A DNA stretch of 64,000 nucleotides from an uncultured Thermoleophilaceae bacterium. Lineage in GTDB: Bacteria; Actinomycetota; Thermoleophilia; Solirubrobacterales; Thermoleophilaceae. Made by a program: the position numbers and the translations under genes. The notes under the pieces were generated by a model. That model worked only from the letters and a program-made list of their open reading frames with translations. It ran no database searches and was not told the origin of the DNA. The DNA lies in NCBI GenBank assembly GCA_963789705.1, contig CAWBLN010000008.1, positions 83,474 to 147,473 on the forward strand, given 5' to 3'. How positions within the stretch are numbered: position 1 is the stretch's first letter; each line of letters begins with the position of its first letter. This document shows, in pieces, positions 45,183 through 53,938 of this stretch.

Positions 45183-46061
45183 CTAGAGGCTGGCCCACAG
45201 ATGCATGACAGCGTAAGAGCGCCACGGACGCCAAGCGTCCGCCAGGCGCAGGGCGGAGGCTTCGTCGCCCCGGTGGCCGAGCCGTTCGAGGGCCTTGCGG
45301 AGGCCGACGTCACCGGGGAGCCAGGCATCCCGGTCGGCCAGCGCGCGCATGCCAATGTAGGAAGCCGTCCAGGGACCGACGCCGCGAATCCGCAGCAGGG
45401 CGGCGCGGGTGGCGATCGGGTCGGCGCCCGAGTCGAGGTCGAGCCCGCCCTCGATCACCAGCCGGGCGAGCGTACGCAGGGCCTCCCCGCGCACACGCGG
45501 GAAGGGGAAGCGCTCCGGGTCGGCCCCGACGAGCGCCTCGGGAGAGGGAAAGACGCGCGCGAGGCCCTCGCCCCCCTCCAGCGGCTCCCCGTAGCTCGCC
45601 GCCAGGCGGCCCAGCACCGTGCGCGCTCCGGCGACCGAGATCTGCTGGCCGACGATGGCCCGGACGGCGAGCTCGAAGCCGTCCACCGCGGAAGGCACGC
45701 GCAGGCCGGGCCGGCGCTCCACGAGCGGCCCGAGGACCGGGTCGGCGCCGAGCTGCGCCACCACGGCGTCAAGCTCGGCGTCGAGGTCGAGCAGCCGCCG
45801 GCAGCGCGCGTCCGCGTCGTCGCGGTCGGCGGGGTGGCTGAGCTCCAGGCTGTACCGCACCGCGTCGCCCTGTGCCGTCAGCTCAACGGTGGCGCCGCCT
45901 CGCTCGAGCGCCATCGTGCGCCGGTAGGTCGAGCCATCGAAGTGCTCCACGCCGGGTATGGCCCGGGCACCCAGGAAACGGATCAGGGTCTCGCCGCCCG
46001 TCAACTGCGCGCCCACGTCTCGGCGCCGGCCGAAGGCAACCACGCCGAGATCTCCACCGAC
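45183..46061 (-). CDS. alkA: DNA-3-methyladenine glycosylase II (AlkA-like, HhH-GPD)
   Basis: FLGARAIPGVEHFDG..., AIVGQQISVAGARTVLGRL and LLRIRGVGPWTASYIGMRAL...DAWLPGDVGL. The start is uncertain (GTG at 46061, 46043 or 46040). Confidence 0.8.
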   Translation of the reverse strand, partial: VGGDLGVVAFGRRRDVGAQLTGGETLIRFLGARAIPGVEHFDGSTYRRTMALERGGATVELTAQGDAVRYSLELSHPADRDDADARCRRLLDLDAELDAVVAQLGADPVLGPLVERRPGLRVPSAVDGFELAVRAIVGQQISVAGARTVLGRLAASYGEPLEGGEGLARVFPSPEALVGADPERFPFPRVRGEALRTLARLVIEGGLDLDSGADPIATRAALLRIRGVGPWTASYIGMRALADRDAWLPGDVGLRKALERLGHRGDEASALRLADAWRPWRSYAVMHLWASL

Positions 46062-46891
46062 GCTGTGACCGCCACCGGCTGGGGCAGGGCTGCGATGCCG
46101 CGCTCGAGCACCGCCGGGTCGGCGTGCCGGGCGCTGGGACCCATGGTCACGATGTCGCGCACCTCGGCGGGCCCGAGCTCGAGCGTCCACTCGAGCTCGG
46201 ATTCCCGAGCCCGGCGCAGGTGAGGATCGAGCTGAGCCGCCAGGCGCTCGCGCTTGTGCTCGTCGACGTTCAGGAGCGGGAGGACCTCGATCAGCTCGAT
46301 CAGGTGACGGTCGCTCGGCGTCACGACGATCAAGGTCCCGCTCGGCTGGAGCACCCGGGCCAGCTCGGCTCCGTTGCGCGGCGCGAACACGCTCAGGGCC
46401 AGCGCGATCGCCGCGTTGCGGACGGGCAGCCGCCGCCAGGCATCCGCGGCCACGGCGCCGATGCGCTCATGGGCGCGCGCCGCGCGGCGAAGTGCGTGCT
46501 TGGACAGGTCGAGCGCCAGCCCGGCGCGGCCAGGGGCGCCATCGAGAGCTCGCGCCAGGTACCAACCAGTCCCGCCACCGAGGTCGAGCACCGCGCCGTC
46601 GGGCTCGTGCGCGAGCGCCCGTGACACCTCGGCGGTCAGCGCCTTCGCCAGGGGCTCGAAGTGCCCGGCGCCGAGGAAGCGCTCGCGCGCCGCGACCATC
46701 GCCGCCGTGTCGGCGCTGCCGAGGCGCGCGTCGCCGGGCAGGAGGCTCAGGTAACCCTGGCGAGCTAGGTCGAAGCTGTGGCCGGTCGGGCACCGGACCG
46801 ACTCCTCAACCGCCGCGAGCGAACGACCGCAATGGGGGCAGCGCAGGAGCGGCAGCACGTCGGCGAGCATCGATGCCAGGATCCCATCCAT
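46001..46891 (-). CDS. rlmA: 23S rRNA (guanine-N1)-methyltransferase RlmA-like, with an N-terminal zinc ribbon
   Basis: LRCPHCGRSL...VRCPTGHSFDLARQGYLSLLPG, and the SAM motif VLDLGGGTGWY. An alternative start is at 46870. Confidence 0.8.
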   Translation of the reverse strand: MDGILASMLADVLPLLRCPHCGRSLAAVEESVRCPTGHSFDLARQGYLSLLPGDARLGSADTAAMVAARERFLGAGHFEPLAKALTAEVSRALAHEPDGAVLDLGGGTGWYLARALDGAPGRAGLALDLSKHALRRAARAHERIGAVAADAWRRLPVRNAAIALALSVFAPRNGAELARVLQPSGTLIVVTPSDRHLIELIEVLPLLNVDEHKRERLAAQLDPHLRRARESELEWTLELGPAEVRDIVTMGPSARHADPAVLERGIAALPQPVAVTASVEISAWLPSAGAETWARS

Positions 46892-47246
46892 GGGAAAGCG
46901 CAGCCGAAGGCGGGCGAAGGGCGGCCCGGAGGCCGCCGCGACCACGGTCTACACCGGCCCCCAGGGCGATGTCCTCACGCTGCGCGACGAGCTGAGCCCG
47001 GGGACGCTCCGCGCCGTGCGCGATCTCGACGCCAGGCCGGCCGCCTCCGCCGAGGACCGCTCGCAGCGCCGGGCCGAGTACCTCTTCGAGCGCCTCGTGG
47101 TCCGCTGGGAGATAGCCGGCCTGCCGCTGGAGGGTCAGAAGAAGCTGCTGGGCCGCTACCGCCTGGCCTCCTCGGAGGAGCGGCAGCAGGTGAGGAGGAC
47201 GCTGGCCGAGCACCTCGCGCAGCGGCATCCCGACGTGCGCATCTAA
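46890..47246 (+). CDS. hypothetical protein (118 aa)
   Basis: Very GC-rich third codon positions throughout. No recognisable family. Its ATG shares 2 nt with the divergent rlmA-like start codon. Confidence 0.55.
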   Translation: MGKRSRRRAKGGPEAAATTVYTGPQGDVLTLRDELSPGTLRAVRDLDARPAASAEDRSQRRAEYLFERLVVRWEIAGLPLEGQKKLLGRYRLASSEERQQVRRTLAEHLAQRHPDVRI

Positions 47247-48103
47247 GGAGCCCCCAGCACCGGCTCGGGCACATCCTTCATTGCTGCCGTGCGCGCGTCG
47301 TTGACCGCGCCCGCAACGAGCGAAACCGGCCGAGCGGCCATCGATAAGAGCGACTGCAGCGCTGCCCCCACCGGCAGCCGGGCCGGCGCGCCGCGGCGCG
47401 GCTTGGAAGGTGGCCGGCGCGGCTCGCGCGGCGGCTCCGGGACCCGGACGTCCGGGTCCTCCGGGGCAGGCAGGCCTCCGAGGTCCTCGCCGAGGAGACA
47501 CCCCTGCACGGCCTCGGCCAGTAGGCTGCCGCGCAGCGCATAGCCCTGTCCCGTGGCGTGGATGCGGTCGCGGCCCAGCGCTCCGGGCGTGGACAGCGCC
47601 GCCGAGTGCCAGTCCATCACCTGGGCTCCGCTGCGCGAGGCGAAGTCGTCAACCGCGCGGTTGAGCTCGGCGGTCGACGAGCCGCGCTGACTGGGGCGGA
47701 CGATCGTCGCCACCACCAGGCAGCGCCCGCCCGCCAGGGCCTGCGCCGCCGCCAGGTTCGAGGCGAGCGTGGCTGCGCTCAGGTCGTTCGTCCCGAGCGC
47801 GAACACGATCGCGTCGTGGTCGGGGCGCAGCTCGGTGGCCAGCACACGAAGGCCCGCGCTGCTCGAGCGGCTGCGCTCGGCGTCTACCTCCAGCGGGGTG
47901 CTTGCCAGCGCCTGGCGCAGGTAGGGAGCCGAGCCCACCTCGAGGCTGTCGCCGACCACCAGCACCGGTCCGCCGGCCTCCTGCGCGCCGGCCGGAGTGG
48001 CGGAGAGGACCGCCGCGACAGCAAGAATCCCCGCCGTGAGCTTCCCGACGATCGAGTTCGCGGCCTTCTTCCTGGTCGTGTTCGTCATCTCCTGGGCGCT
48101 CAT
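47243..48103 (-). CDS. secreted SGNH/GDSL hydrolase family protein with a Pro-rich C-terminal tail
   Basis: Signal peptide RKKAANSIVGKLTAGILAVAAVLSATPAGA. Contains VLVVGDSLEVG, FALGTNDL and DRIHATGQGY. Start at 48103 or 48088. Confidence 0.75.
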   Translation of the reverse strand: MSAQEMTNTTRKKAANSIVGKLTAGILAVAAVLSATPAGAQEAGGPVLVVGDSLEVGSAPYLRQALASTPLEVDAERSRSSSAGLRVLATELRPDHDAIVFALGTNDLSAATLASNLAAAQALAGGRCLVVATIVRPSQRGSSTAELNRAVDDFASRSGAQVMDWHSAALSTPGALGRDRIHATGQGYALRGSLLAEAVQGCLLGEDLGGLPAPEDPDVRVPEPPREPRRPPSKPRRGAPARLPVGAALQSLLSMAARPVSLVAGAVNDARTAAMKDVPEPVLGAP

Positions 48104-49436
48104 GCCCCATCCCCGGGCCTGGCGCCCGTTCATTCTGCTCGCTTCGTACGTCTTCTACGGCTGGCTGGACTGGCGCTGGGTTCTCCTGCTCGTCGGCTCG
48201 ACCCTGGTGAACACCGTGGCGGCGCGGGTGATCGCTCAGTCGCCGTCGCAGCAGACCCGCAAGCGAGCTGTGACCGCGGCGGTGGTCTTCGACCTGGGGC
48301 TCCTATGTGTCTTCAAGTACCTCGGCTTCTTCGTCGAGGAGGTTGACGGCGCGCTCGACTCGGTGGGGCTCGGCTCGCCGCTGCCGCTGCTGCAGATCGT
48401 GCTTCCAATCGGAATCTCGTTCTTCACCTTTCAGGCGATCTCGTACGTGGTGGACGTGTACCGCGGAGAGACCAAGGCGGCCTCGCTGGTCGAGGTCGCC
48501 ATCCTGCAGGCATTCTTCCCCCACCTCGTGGCCGGGCCGATCGTCCGGGCCAACGAGCTCCTGCCTCAGCTGCGCACCCCGCGCGATCCCCGGGAGGTGC
48601 TGGCCGGCCCGGGGCTCTTTCTCATCGCCGGCGGCTTGGTCAAGAAGACCGTGGTGGCGGACGAGCTGGCCCGCAACGTCGTCGACCCGGTCTTCAACGA
48701 TCCCTCGGCGCATTCGGGGCCCGAGGTGCTGCTCGCCGTCTATGGCTTCGCGGCGCAGATCTACTGCGACTTCTCCGGTTACACGGACATGGCGATCGGG
48801 CTGGCGCTGCTGCTCGGCTACCAGCTCCCGCAGAACTTCAACCGCCCCTACCTCGCCCTGAGCCTGCAGGACTTCTGGCGACGCTGGCACATGACCCTGT
48901 CACGCTGGCTTCGCGACTATCTCTACATCCCCCTGGGCGGCAATCGCGACGGCGAGCGGCGCACGTATCGCAACCTCATGCTCACGATGCTGCTCGGCGG
49001 GCTGTGGCACGGCGCCGCCTGGACCTTCCTGATCTGGGGAGGAATACACGGGAGCGCCCTCTCGCTCGAGCGCTGGGCGCGCACGCGCTGGGCCGGTTTC
49101 CGAATGCCCGCCTGGCTGGGCTGGTTCATCACCTTCAACGTGGTCTGCCTGGCCTGGATCTTCTTTCGCTCGCCCGACCTGGCAACCGCCTTCGCGATGC
49201 TGGGCGGCCTGTTCGCCGGCGGGCCCTCGCCGCTCGTGACGCTCCCTATGGTGTTCCTGACCGTGGCGGCGATTGCTCTACAGGCCGTGCCCGGTCGGGC
49301 ATGGGAGCGGGCGGAGGGCTGGCTGGTGTCCCGGCCGGTCGCCGCCCAGGGCGTGGCGCTCGGGTTGCTGATCGTGATCGCGGACGCCGCCGTCGGCCAG
49401 GAGGGCGTGGCCCCGTTCATCTACTTCCAGTTCTGA
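48036..49436 (+). CDS. MBOAT family O-acyltransferase (AlgI/DltB/PatA-like)
   Basis: N-terminus SFPTIEFAAFFLVVFVISWAL...ILLASYVFYGW. Contains FFTFQAISYVVDVY, DFWRRWHMTLSRWLRDYLYIPLGGNR and GGLWHGA. Confidence 0.9.
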   Translation: MSFPTIEFAAFFLVVFVISWALMPHPRAWRPFILLASYVFYGWLDWRWVLLLVGSTLVNTVAARVIAQSPSQQTRKRAVTAAVVFDLGLLCVFKYLGFFVEEVDGALDSVGLGSPLPLLQIVLPIGISFFTFQAISYVVDVYRGETKAASLVEVAILQAFFPHLVAGPIVRANELLPQLRTPRDPREVLAGPGLFLIAGGLVKKTVVADELARNVVDPVFNDPSAHSGPEVLLAVYGFAAQIYCDFSGYTDMAIGLALLLGYQLPQNFNRPYLALSLQDFWRRWHMTLSRWLRDYLYIPLGGNRDGERRTYRNLMLTMLLGGLWHGAAWTFLIWGGIHGSALSLERWARTRWAGFRMPAWLGWFITFNVVCLAWIFFRSPDLATAFAMLGGLFAGGPSPLVTLPMVFLTVAAIALQAVPGRAWERAEGWLVSRPVAAQGVALGLLIVIADAAVGQEGVAPFIYFQF

Positions 49437-49437
49437 G

Positions 49438-50424
49438 ATGAATCCCAAGTTGCCCAGGCACCTCACGATGCCGGCCGGGCGCGTGCTCGGCGTGATGTTG
49501 ATCGCCCTGGTGGTGGCCGCGCTGTTCAACTCGGAGGCCATCGTGCGTGCGGGCGAGAGCATGCAGGGCGGGACCACTCGCGACGTCGTGCTGTCCGTGG
49601 CTCGGCCGCTCGACGACGTCGCCGGCGCGGTGGGTCTGCATCTGCCGCGAGAGGGCTTCGACAAGGCCTTCGGTCAGGAGCCGAAGACCGCCGAGGGCAC
49701 CGAGCTCGAGAGGGGCTCGACGGCGATCCTCCGGCCGAAGGAGCGCAAGCCCACCCGGGAGGCGTTCCCCCAGCCGACGCCCGCCAAGCCGATCGAGGTG
49801 TTCGTGACCGGCGACTCCCAGGCCCTGTTCATCGGCGAGCTGCTGACCGACGAGCTGCCGGACGACCTCTTCGACGTCGAGGTGAGCCCGCGCAACTCGA
49901 CCGGCCTCACCAATCCCGAGTTCTTCAACTGGGAGATCAACGCTCAGCAGGAGATCGACGCGCGGCAACCAGGCGCGGTGGTGATGGTCATGGGCGGCAA
50001 CGACGGCTTCAACGTGCTCGGCGAGGACGGCCAGCTCTACGGGCCCCAGGACCCGGAATGGGAGACGGAGTACGCGCGCCGCGCCGCCGTGGTGATGCGC
50101 GAGCTGGGCTCGAACGGCAAGCGCCCGGTGTACTGGCTGCCTCCGCCGACCGCGCGCGATCCCGGATTCAACGTCATCTACCAGACCCAGAACCGCGCGG
50201 TCGAGCAGGCGGCCGCCGCCGTTCCCGGCGCTCGCTACGTCGACATCTACAGCACCATCAACGACGGGCGCTACAGCGACGAGCTCAAGATCGACGGCCG
50301 GCGCGTGTTGGCGCGCCAGTCCGACGGGGTGCACTTCTCGCGCGAGGGGGCGATCGTCCCCACCCGAATGGTGGTCGAGGCGCTGGCCAAGGACTACCCG
50401 GTGCTTCGCGATGCGGCGCCCTAG
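49438..50424 (+). CDS. DUF459-type SGNH hydrolase with an N-terminal membrane anchor
   Basis: Anchor VLGVMLIALVVAALF. Contains VFVTGDSQA, MVMGGNDGF and RQSDGVHFSREG. Starts 2 nt after the MBOAT stop. Confidence 0.8.
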   Translation: MNPKLPRHLTMPAGRVLGVMLIALVVAALFNSEAIVRAGESMQGGTTRDVVLSVARPLDDVAGAVGLHLPREGFDKAFGQEPKTAEGTELERGSTAILRPKERKPTREAFPQPTPAKPIEVFVTGDSQALFIGELLTDELPDDLFDVEVSPRNSTGLTNPEFFNWEINAQQEIDARQPGAVVMVMGGNDGFNVLGEDGQLYGPQDPEWETEYARRAAVVMRELGSNGKRPVYWLPPPTARDPGFNVIYQTQNRAVEQAAAAVPGARYVDIYSTINDGRYSDELKIDGRRVLARQSDGVHFSREGAIVPTRMVVEALAKDYPVLRDAAP

Positions 50425-50986
50425 GGCACCAAGGCTCGCCGCCGCCCTCCTCGTCCTGGCGCTCGCGGCGCCCGCGAGCGCGGACGCGCTCAGCCGCCGC
50501 CTGCTCGTGAACGGCGACTCGCTGGCCGTCGGCACCGCGCCCTACCTGCCGCGCGAGCTGGGGCGCTGGAAGGTGACCCAGTCGACCGCGATCAGCCGGC
50601 ACGCCTACGAGGGCGCGGACGTGATGCGCGCGTACGGGCGTGCCCTGGCCCGCGTCATCCATGTCAGCCTCGGCACGAACGACGATCCACGCTCGGTCGA
50701 GGCGTTTCGCTCGGCCGTCCGTGAGGTGATGGCCGTGGCCGGGCCGAGGCGCTGTGTCGTGTGGGCGAACATCGTGCGACCGGCGGTGGCCGGCGCGAGC
50801 TATGCCGCGTACAACCGTGCCCTCGCGCAGGAGTCGCGCCCGCGGAAGAACCTGCGCGTGGTCAACTGGGCCCGCCTCGTTCGAGAGAACTCCCACTGGC
50901 TGGCCGGCGACGGCGTGCATGTGACGGCCGAGGGGTACCGGGTCCGGGCGCGGGCGGTCGCCCGTTCCGTGCGCCGCTGCCGATGA
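50411..50986 (+). CDS. secreted SGNH hydrolase family protein
   Basis: Signal peptide PRLAAALLVLALAAPASA. Contains LLVNGDSLAVG, VSLGTNDD and AGDGVHVTAEGY. Overlaps the previous gene by 14 nt. Confidence 0.75.
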   Translation: MRRPRAPRLAAALLVLALAAPASADALSRRLLVNGDSLAVGTAPYLPRELGRWKVTQSTAISRHAYEGADVMRAYGRALARVIHVSLGTNDDPRSVEAFRSAVREVMAVAGPRRCVVWANIVRPAVAGASYAAYNRALAQESRPRKNLRVVNWARLVRENSHWLAGDGVHVTAEGYRVRARAVARSVRRCR

Positions 50987-50987
50987 G

Positions 50988-51515
50988 TCAGTTGAGCGAC
51001 GGGTCCACCGGCATAGTGGACAGCAGGCGGTAGCCGCCGCCCTTGCGCTGGAGCGCCTCGGACCAGATGTCGCCGTCGGTGAACGCGTCGCCGGGTTCCG
51101 CCGGGATGGTGACCCACGCGTCCTGCTCGAGCTCGTCATCCAGTTGCCCGGGCGCCCAGCCGGTGTAGCCCGCGAACACGCGGATCCGCCGCAGGGACCT
51201 GTTCTCGGCGTCGGGATCCAGCGTTCCGACCGCGCCCACCACCTGCAGGCCGGCCTCGGCAGGGTCGGCGAACTCGCCCAGCGCCACCACGGACTGCGGC
51301 GAGACCGGTCCGCCGATCCGCAGAAGCTCCTCCGCCTCCGCCAGCTCGGCGAGCTGGGGCACGGCCTCGGCCACCAGCGCCTCGGACTCTCGATTGAGCA
51401 CGACGCCCATCGCACCGTCGGGTCCGTGCTCGATAACCAGCACGACCGTGCGCCGGAAGTAATCGTGCAGCGAGGGCGCCGCGATCAGGAGCTGTCCACG
51501 CAGGCTGTCGGGCAT
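50988..51515 (-). CDS. YqgE/AlgH family protein (UPF0301)
   Basis: LRGQLLIAAPSLHDYFRRTVVLVIEHGPDGAMGVVLNR...RVFAGYTGWAPGQLDDEL. Confidence 0.9.
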   Translation of the reverse strand: MPDSLRGQLLIAAPSLHDYFRRTVVLVIEHGPDGAMGVVLNRESEALVAEAVPQLAELAEAEELLRIGGPVSPQSVVALGEFADPAEAGLQVVGAVGTLDPDAENRSLRRIRVFAGYTGWAPGQLDDELEQDAWVTIPAEPGDAFTDGDIWSEALQRKGGGYRLLSTMPVDPSLN

Positions 51516-51533
51516 GGGAGATACATTCTCCCC

Positions 51534-52412
51534 ATGAACGCAAAGCTGGATACCGGTCGCGTCTTCGAACGCATCTTCTCCTTCTACGGCAGCATGTTCA
51601 CGCTGCTCATCCCGGCAGCCCTCGTGCTGTTCATTCCTGTCGCCCTCATCAACGGGCTGTTGCTGTCAAGCGGAGGCTGGATCCTCGCGCTGTTGGCCGC
51701 GGCAGTCAGCACGATCGCCACCTACTGGTATCAGGGGATGGTGGTCGAGGCGACACGCGACATGGCCGACGGCCGGCGCGACCACGCGATCGGATCGCTC
51801 TTCAGCTCCGCCGCCCCCTTCATCGCCCCGCTGTTCGTGGTCGGCATCCTGGCCGGAATCGGGATCGCGATCGGCCTCCTCCTGCTGATCGTCCCCGGCC
51901 TCTACCTGATCACGATCTGGGCGGTGGTCGTCCCGGTGATCGTGATCGAGCGTGCCGGCATCTTCGACTCGTTCGGACGCAGCCGCCGGCTCGTGCACGG
52001 GAGCGGCTGGCAGGTGTTCGGCGTGATCGTCGTGATCTTCCTCATCAGCTTCATCCTCAGGGCCATCGTTACGGCGATCATCGGCGGGGTCAGCGACGAG
52101 TCCTTCGCCGGCTACGCGATCGCCGACCTGATCGTCAACGTTCTACTGGTGCCCCTGAGCGCACTCGCGGCCACCGTGATGTACCTCGAGCTGCGCCGCG
52201 TGAAGGGTGACGCGCTGCCCGAGGAGGGCGGAGCGCCAGCTCCGCTACCCGCCCAGGAGGGGGCCCCGGCCGCCACGCACGTGTCCGAGCGCCCGCCGGA
52301 GCCCTCGGACGCCCCGCCCCAGAGCGGCCCGGAGGCGCCGCCACCGAGCGCGCCGCCCCCGGGCGGGCCGGAGTCGCCGCCCTCGACGGGAGGGCCGCAG
52401 GCGCCGCGTTGA
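51534..52412 (+). CDS. hypothetical polytopic membrane protein with a Pro-rich C-terminal tail
   Basis: ATG at 51534. Six hydrophobic segments. Tail PPEPSDAPPQSGPEAPPPSAPPPGGPESPP. Confidence 0.65.
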   Translation: MNAKLDTGRVFERIFSFYGSMFTLLIPAALVLFIPVALINGLLLSSGGWILALLAAAVSTIATYWYQGMVVEATRDMADGRRDHAIGSLFSSAAPFIAPLFVVGILAGIGIAIGLLLLIVPGLYLITIWAVVVPVIVIERAGIFDSFGRSRRLVHGSGWQVFGVIVVIFLISFILRAIVTAIIGGVSDESFAGYAIADLIVNVLLVPLSALAATVMYLELRRVKGDALPEEGGAPAPLPAQEGAPAATHVSERPPEPSDAPPQSGPEAPPPSAPPPGGPESPPSTGGPQAPR

Positions 52413-53128
52413 TGCGGGTCCTGTCGGTCGTCCACCACCGCAACGCGGCGGCGGGCGTGTTCGGCGAGCCGGCTCGGGTCGCCGGCCATGAGCTGATCGA
52501 ATGGGTGCCGCATGAGTACCCACCGCCCCCGGTGGGGCAGTTCGGGGCGGCGATCGTGTTCGGGGCGGAGGCGCAGGTCGACCAGGAGGAGACCCGGCCC
52601 TGGCTGCGACCCGAGAAGCAACTGGTCGCGGAGCTGCTCGAGCGCGGCACTCCCACGCTCGGGGTCTGCTTCGGCTCGCAGGTACTCGCCGAGGTGGCCG
52701 GCGCGGCGGTCCGGCCGGCGAAGCACGCGGAGATCGGCTGGAACGAGATCGAGCTGACGCCCGAGGGGCAGGTCGACCCCCTGCTGGGCTTCCTGCCCGA
52801 GCGCTTCGTGGGCTTCGGCTATCACCACTACGAGTGGCTCCTGCCGCCCGGTGCGGTGGCGCTCGCTCGCAGCTCGGTCTGCCTGCAGGCCTTCCGCTTG
52901 GACGAGCGGCCGTTCTGGGGCATCCAGTTCCACCCCGAGGTCACGCTCGCGGACCTCAGCTCATGGCTCGAGAAGTGGGATACCGACCCCGGGGCGGTGG
53001 CCACCGGCCTCGACCCCGAGGCCATCCGCGCGGAGAGCGTCGACAAGATCGCCGCCTGGAACGACGTTGGGCGCGGGATATCCGCCCGCTTTCTCGCCGC
53101 TGCCGCGGGAACCCTTCTCGAGCGCTAG
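52409..53128 (+). CDS. class I glutamine amidotransferase-like protein
   Basis: GVCFGSQVLA nucleophile elbow and WGIQFHPEVT. Confidence 0.85.
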   Translation: MMRVLSVVHHRNAAAGVFGEPARVAGHELIEWVPHEYPPPPVGQFGAAIVFGAEAQVDQEETRPWLRPEKQLVAELLERGTPTLGVCFGSQVLAEVAGAAVRPAKHAEIGWNEIELTPEGQVDPLLGFLPERFVGFGYHHYEWLLPPGAVALARSSVCLQAFRLDERPFWGIQFHPEVTLADLSSWLEKWDTDPGAVATGLDPEAIRAESVDKIAAWNDVGRGISARFLAAAAGTLLER

Positions 53129-53130
53129 GG

Positions 53131-53880
53131 CTACTCGCGTGGGGTGAGGTAGGCGCCGGACAGGCCGCCGTCGACCATGAAGGACGACGCGTTCACGTAC
53201 GTGGAGTCGTCGCTGGCCAGGAACAGGACCGCTCGGGCCATCTCACTCACTTCGGCGAAACGGCCCGGCGGCAGGTGCTCCAGGCGCCGGTCGGCCTTCT
53301 CGGGGTCGCTGGCGTACAGCTCCTGCAGCAGCGGCGTGTTGACCGGGCCGGGACAGAGCGCGTTGACGCGAATGCCCTTGCGAGCGAACTCCACCCCCAG
53401 CTCCCGTGACATGGCGAGCACGCCGCCCTTCGACGCCGTGTAGGAGATCTGCGAGACCGCGGCGCCCATGACGGCCACGAACGACGCGGTGTTGATGATC
53501 GAGCCGCCTCCGTTGTCCAGCAGGTGCGGGATGCCGAACTTGCAGCAGAGGAACACCGATTTGAGATTGACGTTCTGTACCCGGTCCCAGGACTCGACCG
53601 ACGTGTCGAGGATGGAGGCGTCGTCCTCGGGCGAGATCCCGGCGTTGTTGAACAGCACGTCGATGTGCCCGAACTCCTCGCGCGTCCGGGCGTACATGCC
53701 TTCGACGGCCGCGGGATCGGTCACGTCGGCCTGGATGGCCAGGTCGCCCAGCGCCTCGTCGCTGAGATCCACGCCGGCCACCTGCGCACCCTCTGCCGAA
53801 AAGAGGCGAGCAGTCTCAGCGCCGATGCCGCTCGCGGTGCCCGTGATGACGGCAACCTTGCCGTCCAGGCGCCCCGACAT
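53131..53880 (-). CDS. SDR family oxidoreductase
   Basis: VAVITGTASGIGAE, NNAG and YTASKGGV. Confidence 0.9.
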   Translation of the reverse strand: MSGRLDGKVAVITGTASGIGAETARLFSAEGAQVAGVDLSDEALGDLAIQADVTDPAAVEGMYARTREEFGHIDVLFNNAGISPEDDASILDTSVESWDRVQNVNLKSVFLCCKFGIPHLLDNGGGSIINTASFVAVMGAAVSQISYTASKGGVLAMSRELGVEFARKGIRVNALCPGPVNTPLLQELYASDPEKADRRLEHLPPGRFAEVSEMARAVLFLASDDSTYVNASSFMVDGGLSGAYLTPRE

Positions 53881-53938
53881 GGTTACCTCCGCGGGGCGTC
53901 CGGCCCCGCGTTCTGACCTCGCGCTTCGGCGTCCGGCC

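Noticed and set aside
42634-45186. An 850-aa plus-strand ORF and many other long ORFs antisense or out of frame to recognisable genes (for example 800-1906, 2925-4091, 6783-7871, 31819-33357 and 36353-37510).
   Set aside because: Their translations are Arg/Ala/Gly/Pro-rich with no family signatures. They mirror well-supported genes on the other strand, so they are shadow ORFs typical of high-GC genomes.
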